Under the pieces are notes generated by a model that did not search any database, was not told the origin of the DNA, and saw only the letters and a list, made by a program, of their open reading frames with translations. 64,000 bases of DNA from Octopus vulgaris. Lineage: Eukaryota. Positions 43,887-57,988 of the stretch are shown here, one piece after another. Positions within the stretch are counted from its first letter, which is position 1; each line of letters opens with the position of its first letter. The position numbers and the translations under genes were made by a program. Where the stretch lies: contig OX597828.1 in assembly GCA_951406725.2 (NCBI GenBank), positions 31,930,001-31,994,000 of the forward strand, given 5' to 3'.

Positions 43887-44604
43887 TGTATATATGTATG
43901 TATGTATTACTTTCGGTGTGGCAGTTTTAAATGCTTTAAAGATGTATAGATAAAATGTTTCTGCATTGAAATGTAATCCCGTCGAAAATAGGCAGAATTT
44001 TACTGGTAATTATAACAGAAAGGAATCGGGAAACAGAATCACATCTAAGGATCCCCGATTCCTTTATGCAATAGAAACAAGTGTTAGTATTTTCTAATCT
44101 GGGAAAAAATAGCGGCGCATGATTTTATTAACTTATTTAATATGCATATGCATGCTTGATGTATTTATGTGTATGTGTGTCTATGTCTATGTGTAAACTT
44201 GGAACAGACTATTTAGGCTAACATAAATACCATTAACAATAAATATTACATGTCAAATAGATCACCGCGTTGTAGTATCGATAATTTTGCAACTATAATT
44301 TACGCATTTTGCTTTATTACTTTCAACTATTATTACTTTCAACTCAAGAGCGGTTTCGCCAACACACACAATAAAACACACATACGCATACACACACACA
44401 CATATCTAAGGAGACATAGCGAGAGAGATATGTATGTCTATCCGTATACACACATGCATACATACATACATACATACATACATACATACATACATACATA
44501 CATACAAACATACATACACACACATGTATATGTACCTAGGTAAATAGATACCCAGGGTGATGTATTAATACATCGAGAAGAATATGTATATATATATAGT
44601 TAAA

Positions 44605-44721
44605 CGTAGATAGTTGGATAGATAGCTAGATAGATAGATAAATAGACAGACAGACATATAGATCGATGCATAGATAGACAGATAGATAGATAGAGCGAGA
44701 TAGAGAGAGAGAGAGAGAGAC

Positions 44722-44756
<35 letters not shown>

Positions 44757-44953
44757 CAGACATACAAACAGATAGACAGACAGCTTGATGGATAAATAGA
44801 CAGACACATAGACAGACACACAGATAGGCAAGCATAAAAATAGATAGATAGGTAGATAGATAGATAGATACATACATACATAGATGCATACAACCATGCA
44901 TACATACAAACATGTATACAAACATACATACATACATGCATACATACATACAT
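44605..44953. repeat. Compound (TAGA)n/(CAGA)n/(TACA)n tract
   Basis: Direct inspection. Confidence 0.95.
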
Positions 44954-47552
44954 AAATTCTTACCATTATTTTACTTTTAATGGTTATCTATTTTTGGTAA
45001 GTCCTTTTTGAATATAAATCTCTAATAAAAAAAATTCTACCTCATTGAATTGTTTTAAAGCAAACTGTCTTGTAATTCACTATTTCTTTATATAACTAAG
45101 AATGTTCGGCATAATATTAAATTTGCTTCTTCTTCAAACAATGTTGATCTTCGCTGAACTCACTGCTCATTTAATGGAACATAAAACTATGTCTCAACGG
45201 TAAACCAATTCAGCGAAGAGCAGAAACAAGTGGGAATAAGAAAATATTTCGAAAGAAAAGTTATTTATAAGTTTAATGAATATTCGAGTTTAGCATTCCT
45301 GTCGGCAGGTCTGATGGCTCTTGCAGATACAATCTGATCATATGAATTTCTGCAAGATAGAATCTGTTGTGAATAAACGTCTGGAGCCGTTAGCATGATT
45401 AAAAGGAAATAATCACCATGTTTATAATAAGCTTTAAACATAAACAAACAAGAAAAAAAGTAATTTCTGGATTTTCTAACTTTATATTGTTCTCTGTGAA
45501 ATATTGTTTCCTGAATGAAACCAGTAAAAGGAAATTGGATAAGGTATATAATAGCATTGAATTCACATGTTCCATGCTAAAATATTACAAGCGACGCCAT
45601 AAAACGTTGTGCTATAAACTGCTTATTTTCATGCAAACTCTTCTGTTGTATGTGCTTTCTTTGGAATATACCATTGTGTTCTTGGATGGTTAGAGAAAGT
45701 TTTGCACATATTAACGCCATAATAATTTATATTCGATTTTCCCCATTTTGGTGGAAATATGTCTAATGAAATATTATATTAATTAGTTGTTTTCTTTTAG
45801 GAATTAGAGATTTTAGGTGCAATTTTAGTACAATAATTTAGTCAACAAGAAACCTACTAAACAGAAAACATGAGTAGTTCTAGAAAGTACAGCCTATTGT
45901 ATACACTCTCTAAAGCATTTTGATCATCAACTTAGCTTCTTTTACGTAAAATTTCGACCAGCTTCATTGAAATTTCTTCAATTTTGATTGTACGATAATA
46001 AAATTATACTCATGCTGAAGACTTGTGTAACTCACTGATTGATTTTTTGCAGACTCTTGTAGGCAGGCCACCTGGAAATGTTAGATTGTTAACTTGTGCG
46101 ACTAAATTGCAGCTTCAAATAACTGTTAAATGTCGTGTTACGAAATGGAACAAAGTTTGTCTACTGTCTACTAAATTTCAGTCGAATTGGTTCAGTCGAC
46201 CGAAAGTTTATGAATCGACAATTCCTGGAGATGTTGAGAAATGGATTGAACCTGGAATTTCTTTCCTTGAAAGTGAATTTCTCAACATAACCACCATGTC
46301 GACGCCGATAAAGTTATTTGCACTCCCTGTAGCACACAGAATTATATTTATTGAATAGGAGATAGGTTAGTGTTATGTTGTTAGCATTCGATAAATATAA
46401 ACTACCGGGAACGAATACTAAATCGATACCTTGATTGCAGAATACCTTGGAAACTACGATTTAATAGTCTCTTTTTGAGTCTACTTGCGTGATGGTTTAT
46501 TCCATTATTTTTCCCTGAACGGAGAAGATGTTGATATGTGGTGTCATGTAAATAAACCTTTCTAGAAAATTCTAGCACGGAACTTCATATATTTCATGTA
46601 TACAAAGGGTATAGCTAATTGCAAAAGATAAATATTTGATACATATATACATCTATGTGGTTCTGTATAGGACAATGTATATTTGTTGAAGCATATTTGG
46701 TTATGCGTTTGTACGTTATTGTGTTTATGCATACCTATTTATTGAGTATATGGTTTTAGGCATTCCTAGCATGGCATGCAATTATTCGTATATCATGAAT
46801 TATTATTTGTGTCACGCGTGGCTGTAAATTCATATTAAATTTATGTAAGTATATGTAACTTTTTTCGAAGGAATATATATATGAATAGCAACGTTCATCA
46901 TGCTGTGTTGTTGTCGTTACAAAGATACTGATTTTGTGATTCAGATTCACCTCTTCTTTTAGTCAATTCCCTCCATCCATACACATGAAGTAACTGGCAG
47001 TAGACAACAGACTTGAGAATGTAAGATATATCCCCGTAAGATTAGGCAAGTGTATATATAATTTTAACTGGGTTTCTATCATTTGAAAATACAAAGCCCT
47101 TTGCTAATACCCATGATAAAGGCTTTGTCACATTGAAAGGTAGTGACTGCGATGAACTATATAATAGATATCCTGCCGAAGTACTGCTATATCCGGATTA
47201 CAATGGCAACTAACTGTTGCATTTAAGTCACAGTCAGACCCTTCTTAAATAATGCTTATAAAAAAGGAAACTTTATTTGGATGGTAAAGCGTAGGCAAAG
47301 ATTATCGCCTACCGAAGAAATACATTTAGATGATCGCCTGCCCAAGAAATACATTACATATGTTAAACCACTGTTTAACCTTTTCACATGAATTTGTGAA
47401 AATCACAGATCGTATTTTATGAATAAATGCGAATGTGAACCATTTACCTCGAATGTTTATTTCGCAGGATACATTACTAATTCATATATATCAGGTAGCT
47501 GGACGCCCTGCATTGTTAGGTCTAAATTGCGAAAATAATCTATTTAACCGTT

Positions 47553-47627
47553 CATTTGAACTCAGAACATAAAACCAGAACAAATGCCGCTAACGATTCT
47601 GTCCGGAATGCTAACGATTCTGCCACC
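47553..47627 (-). mobile_element. SINE family A, head fragment
   Basis: 'atttgaactcagaac..aaatgccgcta..gtccggaatgctaacgattctgcca'. Confidence 0.7.
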
Positions 47628-49452
47628 TGATCAATTTACCCGTGTACAACAACATGAAGAATCACAGTGTTCAGTACTACATTGAAATTATAACATGAGA
47701 ATAGGAGAAAGATTCAAGATGCTGGACTGTCTTGTGTATATGAGCACTACATCGCCTTTCAGATGTTAGAAATCAATGGAATAGAAAACTTGCATAGATA
47801 TCGAGTTGTATAATTCGTGAAGATAGTGAGAGCGGAAGGGAAAGAGAAACGTTTGATGTTACTCTGATAAGTGCTAGTTCTAATGCGTACTGTACTGGAA
47901 GATAAAATGTCAAGACCTATACTTTCTGTTTGGCAATCTAAAGAATACAGATCTTATCTAAAGCGTTGAGGCTGTTCAAACTACTGACCTGTTTGCATCC
48001 TGTATTACATAATGCATATTGTTCAGCAACGATATGCGAGTGCGCATTTCTTGATCATCGAAACAGAACAGTCAGTACTAGTGAGTACAGCATTTATTCT
48101 TTTTAATCTCAAGAATCTAAAAATTTTAATTGAATGCATGCATTTATTTGTCCTATTTTTGCAACTGCCATCAATCTTCGTGTACTAATCAAACATGTTA
48201 TACTATGGCTCTTTTCCTCTGTGTGATCTATTGAAACTCTCTGAGATATTGAAGTAATGGCCAACAATATACAACTCTAATGTGTTCGTACATAGAGCGA
48301 ATAATTTTAGATTGACACTTATTACAGTAAATGGACCGCAGTGATTCTCCTGAGGCCAACATATTCTTATTGACACGCTCAACTAAACATCGGTGAATGC
48401 CTGCATTAATCAGTTAGAACACCAGGGAATTTCTAACAGAATTTTTAAAACACAGACCAATTATCACCTGTCAGGTTATGCAGAAAGTCAGTACCGGACA
48501 TCAAGTAGTATTGTGTTCCATAATAATTGCGAATTCTAAAGTGTGGCTATTAACAAAATATTTGTTTGTGTAGCAAACGTCATCTCAACGAAATGATGTG
48601 TAGGTGGTGTGTATAAGATTCTATATATGTGTATGTTATATTGTGTTATTAATTATGATATATCAAAGGTTTCGTCACACACAATATTTTAGTACCAATA
48701 ACTATCAAATTGCATGCTGTAAGTGTAACATTAAGCGATTATTTTTAAAAGCTTTTATTCTTTGATCTTGCTAAAACAATAGGATAAATGTTTAAACAAT
48801 ATATTAAAAAATGAATTTCCTTTCTCTTTTCTCATTTCCCTTCGGTGCAGTTTCAGCTCTTAAATGGAAACCTGTTCAAGCAAAATAAAACTAAAATAAA
48901 AGATAAAATTAAGTCACTCACATATTCTGCTTAATATGTGTTTGCCGTGCGTGAAAATATATTTACATTTTTGTCATGTTAGCATATTTCCGTGATAGGC
49001 CATCTTAACGGAATTAACTTCTTTTTTTTTAAAATGCTCACAAATTTTTCAACCAAATAAATTAATTCAAGTTATTTAAGCTATTAAATATTCGTAATCT
49101 TTGTTTTATTTAAATTCTGAATATTACAAACGTTTAGTTTTACTCTTCCTCTTATTTGTTTGCTCTTTTTAATAACTTAGATGAGGAATGACAGCGCCGA
49201 GGGCTCTTTTCAGGGGATCATGACAGGGCAAAAGCGTGAGAAAATATTCCTAAAACAGTAATTGACATAAATACTTCCAACACAGATGATTCCTCCAAAA
49301 GCAAGCAAATTTTACGTCGGTAAATTCGTGGACTTTTCAACAAGGAATCAATGACGATAACGTTTGTCATTACAACTTATAGAACATGTATCATTGGGTA
49401 CTAGGAATGTTTACTGTAGATATTTACTTTTATAACACGTTGTATATTGACT

Positions 49453-49650
49453 TCAAGTTTTGGCACTAGAAAAGCAGTGCCGTGTAAAGGGTTTAATCTA
49501 TGAGATCGATGCTAGTGCTCAATTGGTACTTATTTTATCGACCACGAAAATATGAAAGGCAATTTCCGAATTTGAACTCAGAAAGTAAAGGCGGACGAAA
49601 TGCCGTTAAGATTTTTGCCCGGCGTGGTAACGATTTTACCAACAAACCAC
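49453..49650 (-). mobile_element. SINE family A, degenerate
   Basis: 'tggtacttattttatcgaccacgaaaatatgaaaggcaa..aatttgaactcagaa..gcggacgaaatgccg'. Confidence 0.8.
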
Positions 49651-51947
49651 CTTAATTATACGAAGTACATTAACGTTCAGTCACTCACTTGGTGTCATGT
49701 ACACAAATGGGAACCACTGAATTTAAATGTGCTCATTATCAATGACAGTAGCAGAGATGTTGATATCTCTGTAAATTATTATTTTTCCGTAGAATATTTG
49801 ACGATATTTATACTTACAAAATTTTTCATAACAATCCGTGCTCAATATTAATCATACTTTTGAATAAACGTTTGCTTATTCATTTCACTATGCTAGCACA
49901 ACACCGCTATTGTATTTATAACATACTTGTAACTAGTACCTGAAATGCCCCGTGATCACAGCTATCCCCTCAACGTGTACTCATCATTTCTCCGTCATAG
50001 TGTTGAATATGCCACCAGAACATAGTCACAAAGTAATTTAATTATAAGACCTTGATTTGAAATATTTCAATCAATTTCCCCTGAATTATTCATTACATAT
50101 TCTTTGAACATTTTTAGACGGCTCACATGTATATGTCTCAACACCAGTTTATGCATTTCGTTGTCATCAGCATGCCACTAAATCAGTGAATTCGCATCAA
50201 CGTGAAAGAGGTACGGAAATGAACATAAATGATAAATCGCTGAATGTAAAAAAGTCAGTTATTGCTTGGACAGAATGTTTGCAGTTGTACCCAGTTCTGC
50301 GTGGCAGCTGTTTATGTGATTGGGTCAAGAGTGAAGTGCTAAATTAGAGGATTGGTAAATAGAGAGAACTTCATAATTCAATTAATAACACGCATCCAAT
50401 AGCGTACCGGAAATATACTTACGAACGTACTCGTTAACAAAATCATCACTTTTCCCATCCAAATAATAATGTTTATCCTTTTGTGGTTATTCATGTTATT
50501 TTGTTGAAAATGCTAATGACCCTGTTATTGGTGATTGTGTTCTTGGTACACGTTTTGATACTGCAAGTGTCATATCAGCTGCTGCTGATTCCGGTGGAGT
50601 TAAAAAGGTATGGGTGATGATGTGGCAGTATTAATGGTGCTTAATACGTTGTTATTAGATGAGATAGTGGGGCCATAGTTGCTGAACGAAATGAACTATG
50701 ATAAATGATACTCCAATCCTGATAATTTAGTTGTTTCAGACTCTTTATCGAGAACTGTATAGACTATGTAGTACAAATTGTAGGATATGATCAGAGGCAT
50801 TATTTGATCCTATTCTCACCACATTGGTGATGATGTTAGTGCTTGTTTGTCATGCGAATAGCAAAGACATGGCTTCGGAGACTATGTCAAGGAACACGGA
50901 TGAACACGTATGCGGGTTCTATTGATGAAAGTTATAATGAGGACGTTGGTTTGAAGCCTGATAATATATGATGTTGACTATTTTGTAAATGTATTTATTT
51001 ATTGATCTTTCTTTAATGCTTTTGCCCAATGGAAATAATTGCCATCATATATCTGTCTCTCGTCCAACGAAATTAACCAAAACTCTCTAATTATTGCCTT
51101 CTATAAACTATAAACATAGAAGCCATTAACTCAATCTGCTGCTTGCTTAAACAACCGATACTAACAGTTTCCCCACAGAGACAGACACTTAGTCTATATG
51201 GTTAAATATATGACTGTATCTACACGTAAGCACGCCAGTGATTTAATGTGAATGTATATATGCACGTATGTGTGTGTGTGTATGTAAGTATGTATGTATG
51301 CCTGTATGTGTGCATATATGTATGTCTGTGTATGCAAGTATATGAATGCATTCACGTAAGTTTTGTAAGTGCATCTCTCTTTAAGTGTGCACGTGTGTGC
51401 ATATGTGTGTTTTTGCGTGTGTATGTGACCGCTTATGTGTTTGTAAGTTCTAGGGAGTGCAGCATAATGTAAGTGAACAAATGTGTGCTAACATATGTTT
51501 TTATTTATTACATTTTCTGGAAATAAAGGATGGCAGCCAGGATATCAAATATATAAATACTTGGAAGTTTCAAAACCAGTTCACTCATTGGAAGGTATGT
51601 GTGTGTGTGTGTCTACATATATATAGATGCGCCCATATACATACATATGTGTGTGTGTGACATGCATGTATACATAACCTCATGCATGCATCTATATATT
51701 TAATTAACTCATTTATGTATGAGATCACAACAAAATTCTTACATTCTCAAAACTGTCTCTGCAAAATCATTTCATTAAATTAATGGTTCTAAGTCTACTA
51801 ATGTTACTCTTGAGTGCATGATACAGCAATGTGTAAGAGCTGAATTCTAGACATATTCTAATGATGATATTAATATTGTATCACATGTCATGTTTTATGA
51901 ATAAAAACTATCCAGACCAATGGTACTTAATCTATGTATACAGAAAT

Positions 51948-51948
51948 C

Positions 51949-52004
<56 letters not shown>

Positions 52005-52098
52005 TGTGGTGGTGGTGGTGGTTGGGGTATGGGGGGTAGAGATGGTTGCGGTGGCACCAGCAGTAGTAGTAGTAGTAATGGAGGAGGAGGAGGAGGAG
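51948..52098. repeat. (TAG)n/(TGG)n/(GGA)n compound microsatellite
   Basis: Direct inspection. Confidence 0.95.
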
Positions 52099-53054
52099 TT
52101 GTGCTCTTTTGTCTTGCCCCAAGACGGCCTTAAAATAATTAAGGCTTGCAAACTGAGATTTTGTTCTAAATTTCACTTATCTGTTGTAATCTTCCATTTT
52201 GCTTCTTTAGGCGGGAAACTTCGAATTTGAAGGAGTTTCCTCTATATAGCTGACAGCTAAGAGTACATTTCTTAGATATAGTCCCCCTTTAAAGAGATAA
52301 TACATCATATATACAACTCACATGTGTTTCGAAAATAAATGCAACAGGTATTCTCTCGGATCTGTAAGGATAAGTAGTTCTTGTTGCGGTGTTCAGAATG
52401 CCTTGTACTCCTTGCTGTAAGAAAAGTGCTACAGGTTTATTCAATATTCACAGATTATATACGGGTGTTATTTCTATTTCGTGGCTAGTAATTTATTGTT
52501 TTCAGCAAATTATTTCGATGATACTCTTGGTGTATTAATCTACTCTAACCCTACCGCAGGAGAATAAAACTCATTTTCCCTGTATTTTCCCTGTATGTTA
52601 TTAAAATTGAACATAGTCTCATAGTTAAGTAAAACATGGCTACTATAATAATCTCTTGACATGCACAATATCGCAGTTTCAGGCATGCTAAGAGAATCTA
52701 AATCTATAATCACAGAAAATTATCTGCTTTTCCAGATTACCGTTAGATTGGCCGTCTATATTACTGGTGTAATAAAATTGGTGCTGTTATTTATGTATCC
52801 AACATATTCTTGTTCTCACTAAAGCTACTAGTGTTGCAGCTGCTGCTATACATATAGATGCTGATGCTGCTGGTATTGAATTTCCTATAACGCTTACTGT
52901 TTCAGTTGCATCCGATATTGATTTTGTTCGAGCAAAATATATTTCTAATATCTGGTCTACGTTTGTTGCACTTGCCCTCTCATTTATCTTATTCAGTGTG
53001 CACATCTCCCCATATAATATCGGCATGTACACAAACACAGAGATGCATATACAC

Positions 53055-53088
<34 letters not shown>

Positions 53089-53153
53089 TAATTATCTACA
53101 TTACTTCATGAGTATAGCCTCAACCACTAGGATGTCTAGAGAACTCACATGTA

Positions 53154-53244
53154 TTTTAGCTGATGAGTACGGGACACGTTTATATGCTGTAATTTTTGCA
53201 ACTTTTAATAAAACCTGTCCTTGTATGAAACGATTGTACTAAAA
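53154..53244 (+). ncRNA. Type I hammerhead ribozyme motif with long helix II
   Basis: TTTTAG-CTGATGA-[GTACGGGACA...TGTCCTTGTAT]-GAAA-CGATTG-TA-CTAAAA. Perfect 6-bp helix I, canonical core, near-palindromic helix III, GUA triplet. Lies in a ~190-bp island between two (TA)n tracts. Confidence 0.82.
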
Positions 53245-53301
53245 ACCTATCCATTCTTGTTGCTTCATTCTCGCTTATATATATATATGTATATCTGTAT
53301 G

Positions 53302-53333
<32 letters not shown>

Positions 53334-55189
53334 TATTTATGTATATGCATATATGTACATATATATATGTATATATATATATGTATGTATGTTTATATTG
53401 ATGTCGATGCATCTGCGTGTGTATTTACGTATGTACATGTGTGTGTGTGCATATGTACCGATGGGTTGTGTATTTGGAGCGGAGAAGGTCATTAGAGACT
53501 TGTACGCAGTGTAATAATAAACAACATCTTGGAACTTGGGATTCATTGAACACCGAATTTCTTCTTCACCATCCACATTTTGCTGACCGTACATTGTTGC
53601 AACGTATTTCGACAGGTTTTATAGTGAACATTAAATGCCTATTTAATAATTTGTTGGCCGATTCATGTTCAGTGCTGACTTAGACTTGATTTTTTTCTCA
53701 GAACACAAATATATTATATCTTATATGACTAAATTTTCATGGGACATTTCAACATTGTATTTTCGAAGATTATACATTATCTGTTAAAATGTTCGTTAAT
53801 CTAGAATGATAAATCAATATAATTCGAATAGTAAGAGTAACGCACGAGGCCATAATACAGGATATCTTACGCGTTTCAGGCTTCGCGTGGGACTAGAAGC
53901 AGGATTATGCACCGAATATATTTCTGTCATATAATTAAAATCATGCAAATATCTATATACATTCAAAACGACTTATATTACAGATGATGTAATCTGTCAA
54001 TATATGTGTGCGTGTGCGTGTGCGTGTAATGTATATATTTATATGTGAGTATGTATGTATGTTAGTATGTATGTATATAAGTATGTGTTTATACGTGTAT
54101 GTGTGTCTGTTTGTGAGTATGACTGTGGTGTATATAAATATCAATATCTATCTATCCATATTTCTCTATATAAAATTATGTTCACGAATTAGAGTAAATA
54201 TTAATGGCAAAAGATTTTAACATAAGAAACATTTGTTGGAATCTTCCGGTATAATTTCCATCACGTGCAGGCGAAAGGAGAAAATCGATACTGTTTCTAC
54301 GTCCCTGTATAAAATAACAAATACATGATGCGCTGGAATGGAATTGTCCATTTGTTGTGAATGCTATATCAACTCTCAAACAAAACCTACAATATCTATG
54401 GTTTGTCGATGCGTAATCGGCAGCTGTTGTGTATATTCCTTCATTGTATCGAAAGAATTACGTTCGAACTGCACTCATTGTTGCACTTAGTTACGTAACT
54501 ATGAAAATCACGATATAACCAACACATAACGAATTCTAAGAGCAATTTAATTCATCTGTGAAACAAAGGAAATATCCGCAACATTATTTATTTTAAATAT
54601 TTCACGCAATTCATTGTTGTTTCAACAAAAGTAGTATTTTCGCATAGAGAGAGAACAAATCCCATGACGCATATGAGCTTTTACTACTACAGACTCACAA
54701 ACGTGAAGACCCTTCGGACCACTAACAGAAGCACGTATATGGGTTTGCATGTAGCTGTCTGTTGAGCAACAATGACTGAGAAATGGACAGGTGTAGCAAC
54801 ATATTAATCAGTCGACACAATTCAAAGTAGACAGACTACGTTTCCAGAGGATCACATTATATTTTATGTGTCTGCAGTTACAACAGTTGCAAAGGCTCGG
54901 ACTAAGTTCATATTGAAGTGATGCTATACAACCAAAATGCATTGTCTTATGACCAACAAAGAAAATCTACCAATTTGTTCTACTACGAAAGATAGCAATT
55001 ACAAAATTCAGAATAGATTAAAGTGGTTATTTGTTCCCCAAGAACATTTCAATGCACGGTAAAATTTGGTACGTGAACGATAAATCTGTGTTTTAGTTAG
55101 AAATAATTCATATTATAACTAATTTTCAATTAATTATTTTTTTACTTATGGATAAGTATTAATGTATGTACGTATGCACGTCTATCTGC

Positions 55190-55247
<58 letters not shown>

Positions 55248-55641
55248 ATCGATGGATGGATGGAAGGATGGGTGGATGGATGGATGGGTGGACTGACTGA
55301 TAGTTAGATAGATAGGTATAATTGCTTCAAGGATTATTATGAGAGCATGCTAATCGACGAATTTGTTGAATTTACAAATATTTGCTTTATCCGTAAATGT
55401 TTACAACGTATACATAATTAGTTCCGTGGAAAACAAATAACATTTCATTTGATGGATATGATTTCGGGTAAATTTACTCGCAAACAAACGCACAGAAGCA
55501 TATAGAGCACATCATACACACACACATTCAAACGCATGCAGATACATATTTACACATACACATACACGCACACGCATATGTATATATGGAAATTATTCAA
55601 AACTGCATTAAGAAAAAATACATTTTTTTATTAATATAGTT

Positions 55642-55785
55642 TAGACGGTGAGCTTAGAAGCATATCGTCCGTCTTTACATCCTGAGTTCAATGTCCGCAA
55701 AGTTCGTCTTTGCCCTGAGTGCAACAATGGTGTCGGTTCCTACCCCAGTATATTATGCGTTGCGACTATAATAGAAAGTATTATT
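55642..55785 (+). mobile_element. SINE family A, highly degenerate and deleted
   Basis: 'gacggtgagct..tcgtccgtctttacatcctgagttcaa..tttgcc'. Confidence 0.55.
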
Positions 55786-56291
55786 AATGCAGTTATAATT
55801 AGCTAAGTACAACCACGAGATAAAATACGATAGTTTGCAGTTGGCCGCCGCTCAAATTTATATTCACCGACTAAGCATTCATGGAGCTATTTGTACAACG
55901 CTAGTATTTATACCTAATCTATGATGCTCTACGTATATGTCGAAACCGGGCCAAAATTTTAACGGCTGAATAGAGACCACTTTGAGTTCTTGCCATTTAG
56001 ACTGTAGATATCGATGATGAGTGATACGAATTGATCATTTGGTTTATTCAATATACATTCATGCATACTCCATAAATATTCCATTTAGAAAATAATAGAA
56101 GTAGGTCCATTTCTCTATATTTATAGAAAATATAATTCAAACGCTGATAAATATGTAAAACGATATCATCAGTTAGTCTCAAACCGATGAAATCACTCCC
56201 GTAACATAACGTTTCTCCATATAATTCCATCGGATTGTAAAGCATAATAAAGATTACGAAGAATTTCCTAATATCTATGAATACATGGAAG

Positions 56292-56351
<60 letters not shown>

Positions 56352-57923
56352 ATGCACAAACATAGCAGCTGCTACTTTTCCTGATAAATTGACATTCTTG
56401 TTAGTTCCTACCTTGCAAATTTTATTTTCACCTGACCAATTCAATGTTCGTCTCCCAAGGACATAGCACATTATATCTATAAACAGAACCATAACAGCAC
56501 ACTCGTCCCTGATTAGCATATGTTGGTATAAATAATGACAAACCCCTGAGTAAAATGTATTCCGTTTTGCATGGTAAAAGACCGCCAAAACTGCGTAATT
56601 GATGTGTGTTTCACTGGCTTGTGGTATAAAACTCTTACATAAAGTATCAGGTTTAAACACAGGGTCATTTAAATATACAGCATTCTTATGAACATATATG
56701 AGTGAAATATTGATCTCCAACTTGGAAATTGTGCCAGAACACAGAGTTACTTGCCTTGAGAGGATCTGTTGGTGCATAAAAAGACACGTAATAATATCGC
56801 TGACTGACGAAAATCGGAACTGCGAGGTCACGTGATTTCACACTACTACCATATACAAATGAGATATATATACCCCGCAGCGTGATAACAGCCGAATCTT
56901 ATTTACGTATCTTAATGTTACGATGTACCTCTTAGTAGAGGATTAATTTCGAAATTGATGAGATAGAGATCTTATCAGATTTTTGGGATAACTTCCTTAT
57001 AACATATTCATCTGCCCTCTGATTTAAGTATATAAAGAGACTATAGTGGGCACGGAGAATATTGTTAATAGAGCCACAATTATGATATAATTATAAGTTA
57101 ACTGAAACAAATGAAGTACATATTTACCTATGGGATCTTATATCTTTAACATAAGTTTGCTACACAGTCTACAGTGCGTTTCAGATGTAATTTACGAAGC
57201 CCAGAGAACGATCTTTTACATGCATTTATAAGAGAAAGGTTGTACGTAGGAAGGGAGGGAGAAAGAGACAGAGAGAGGGACCGTTTGTCAAATTTTGTTA
57301 GTCATATGATGATAATCGGTAGGAGAAAAGGTACTTTAGCGCAATGTTTTGATACTCTTAACGCCAGCCTTCCTATGGAGCACTTCATCCTATGGTTTTC
57401 TATGCCATGAACTGATGCGGCAATTACACCAAATACACTGATTCACAAACTTAAGCATCTCCATTGATTTCATTCTTATTGATATCATAGATTCCAAAAC
57501 ACCACTGCGAGATTCAGCCGTATAACCTAGAATATGGAAACGAAAGAAAACATATCTTATCTAAACTAAACGTTTATGCAGCCACGCTAAAACAAGATTT
57601 CTATTCTATTTCACCAAAAAATAAAAATATTTAATTGAAAGTAAATTCTGCACTAGAAACAATTTTGAATGTGTATAAGTGTTTATATGAGTAAATATTT
57701 TGCGATTATGTATTTTAATATGTATCAGGTTTTCATTTTTCAATGTTTCACTCTTTATATTGTGTATGCTCCATTGACCTTTTGTTGTGAGTGCTGTCGA
57801 ACTAACGATTATGCGTTAAGTGTTTATTCAACCTCAGATTTATGTTTGAGTTCTCTATTGTAAGTTCCCGGACATAACTTCTTTGAACTTCTTACACCGA
57901 GAATATGTATGTATGTATGTATA

Positions 57924-57988
<65 letters not shown>

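Noticed and set aside
45148-45219. 11-bp inverted repeat tcttcgctgaa/ttcagcgaaga as a possible pre-miRNA
   Set aside because: The 50-nt interior pairs poorly, so it is not a Drosha-like hairpin.
46023-46358. 111-aa ORF
   Set aside because: Non-ATG start, no recognisable domain, and it overlaps what looks like a reversed SINE-head remnant ('ggattgaacctggaa').
47300-47357. 29-bp tandem duplication
   Set aside because: Two diverged units only; an ordinary local duplication.
50144-50177. Minus-strand CTGATGA-caac-GAAA-TGCA-TA hammerhead-like string
   Set aside because: Helix II cannot form and the flanks do not pair as helix I.
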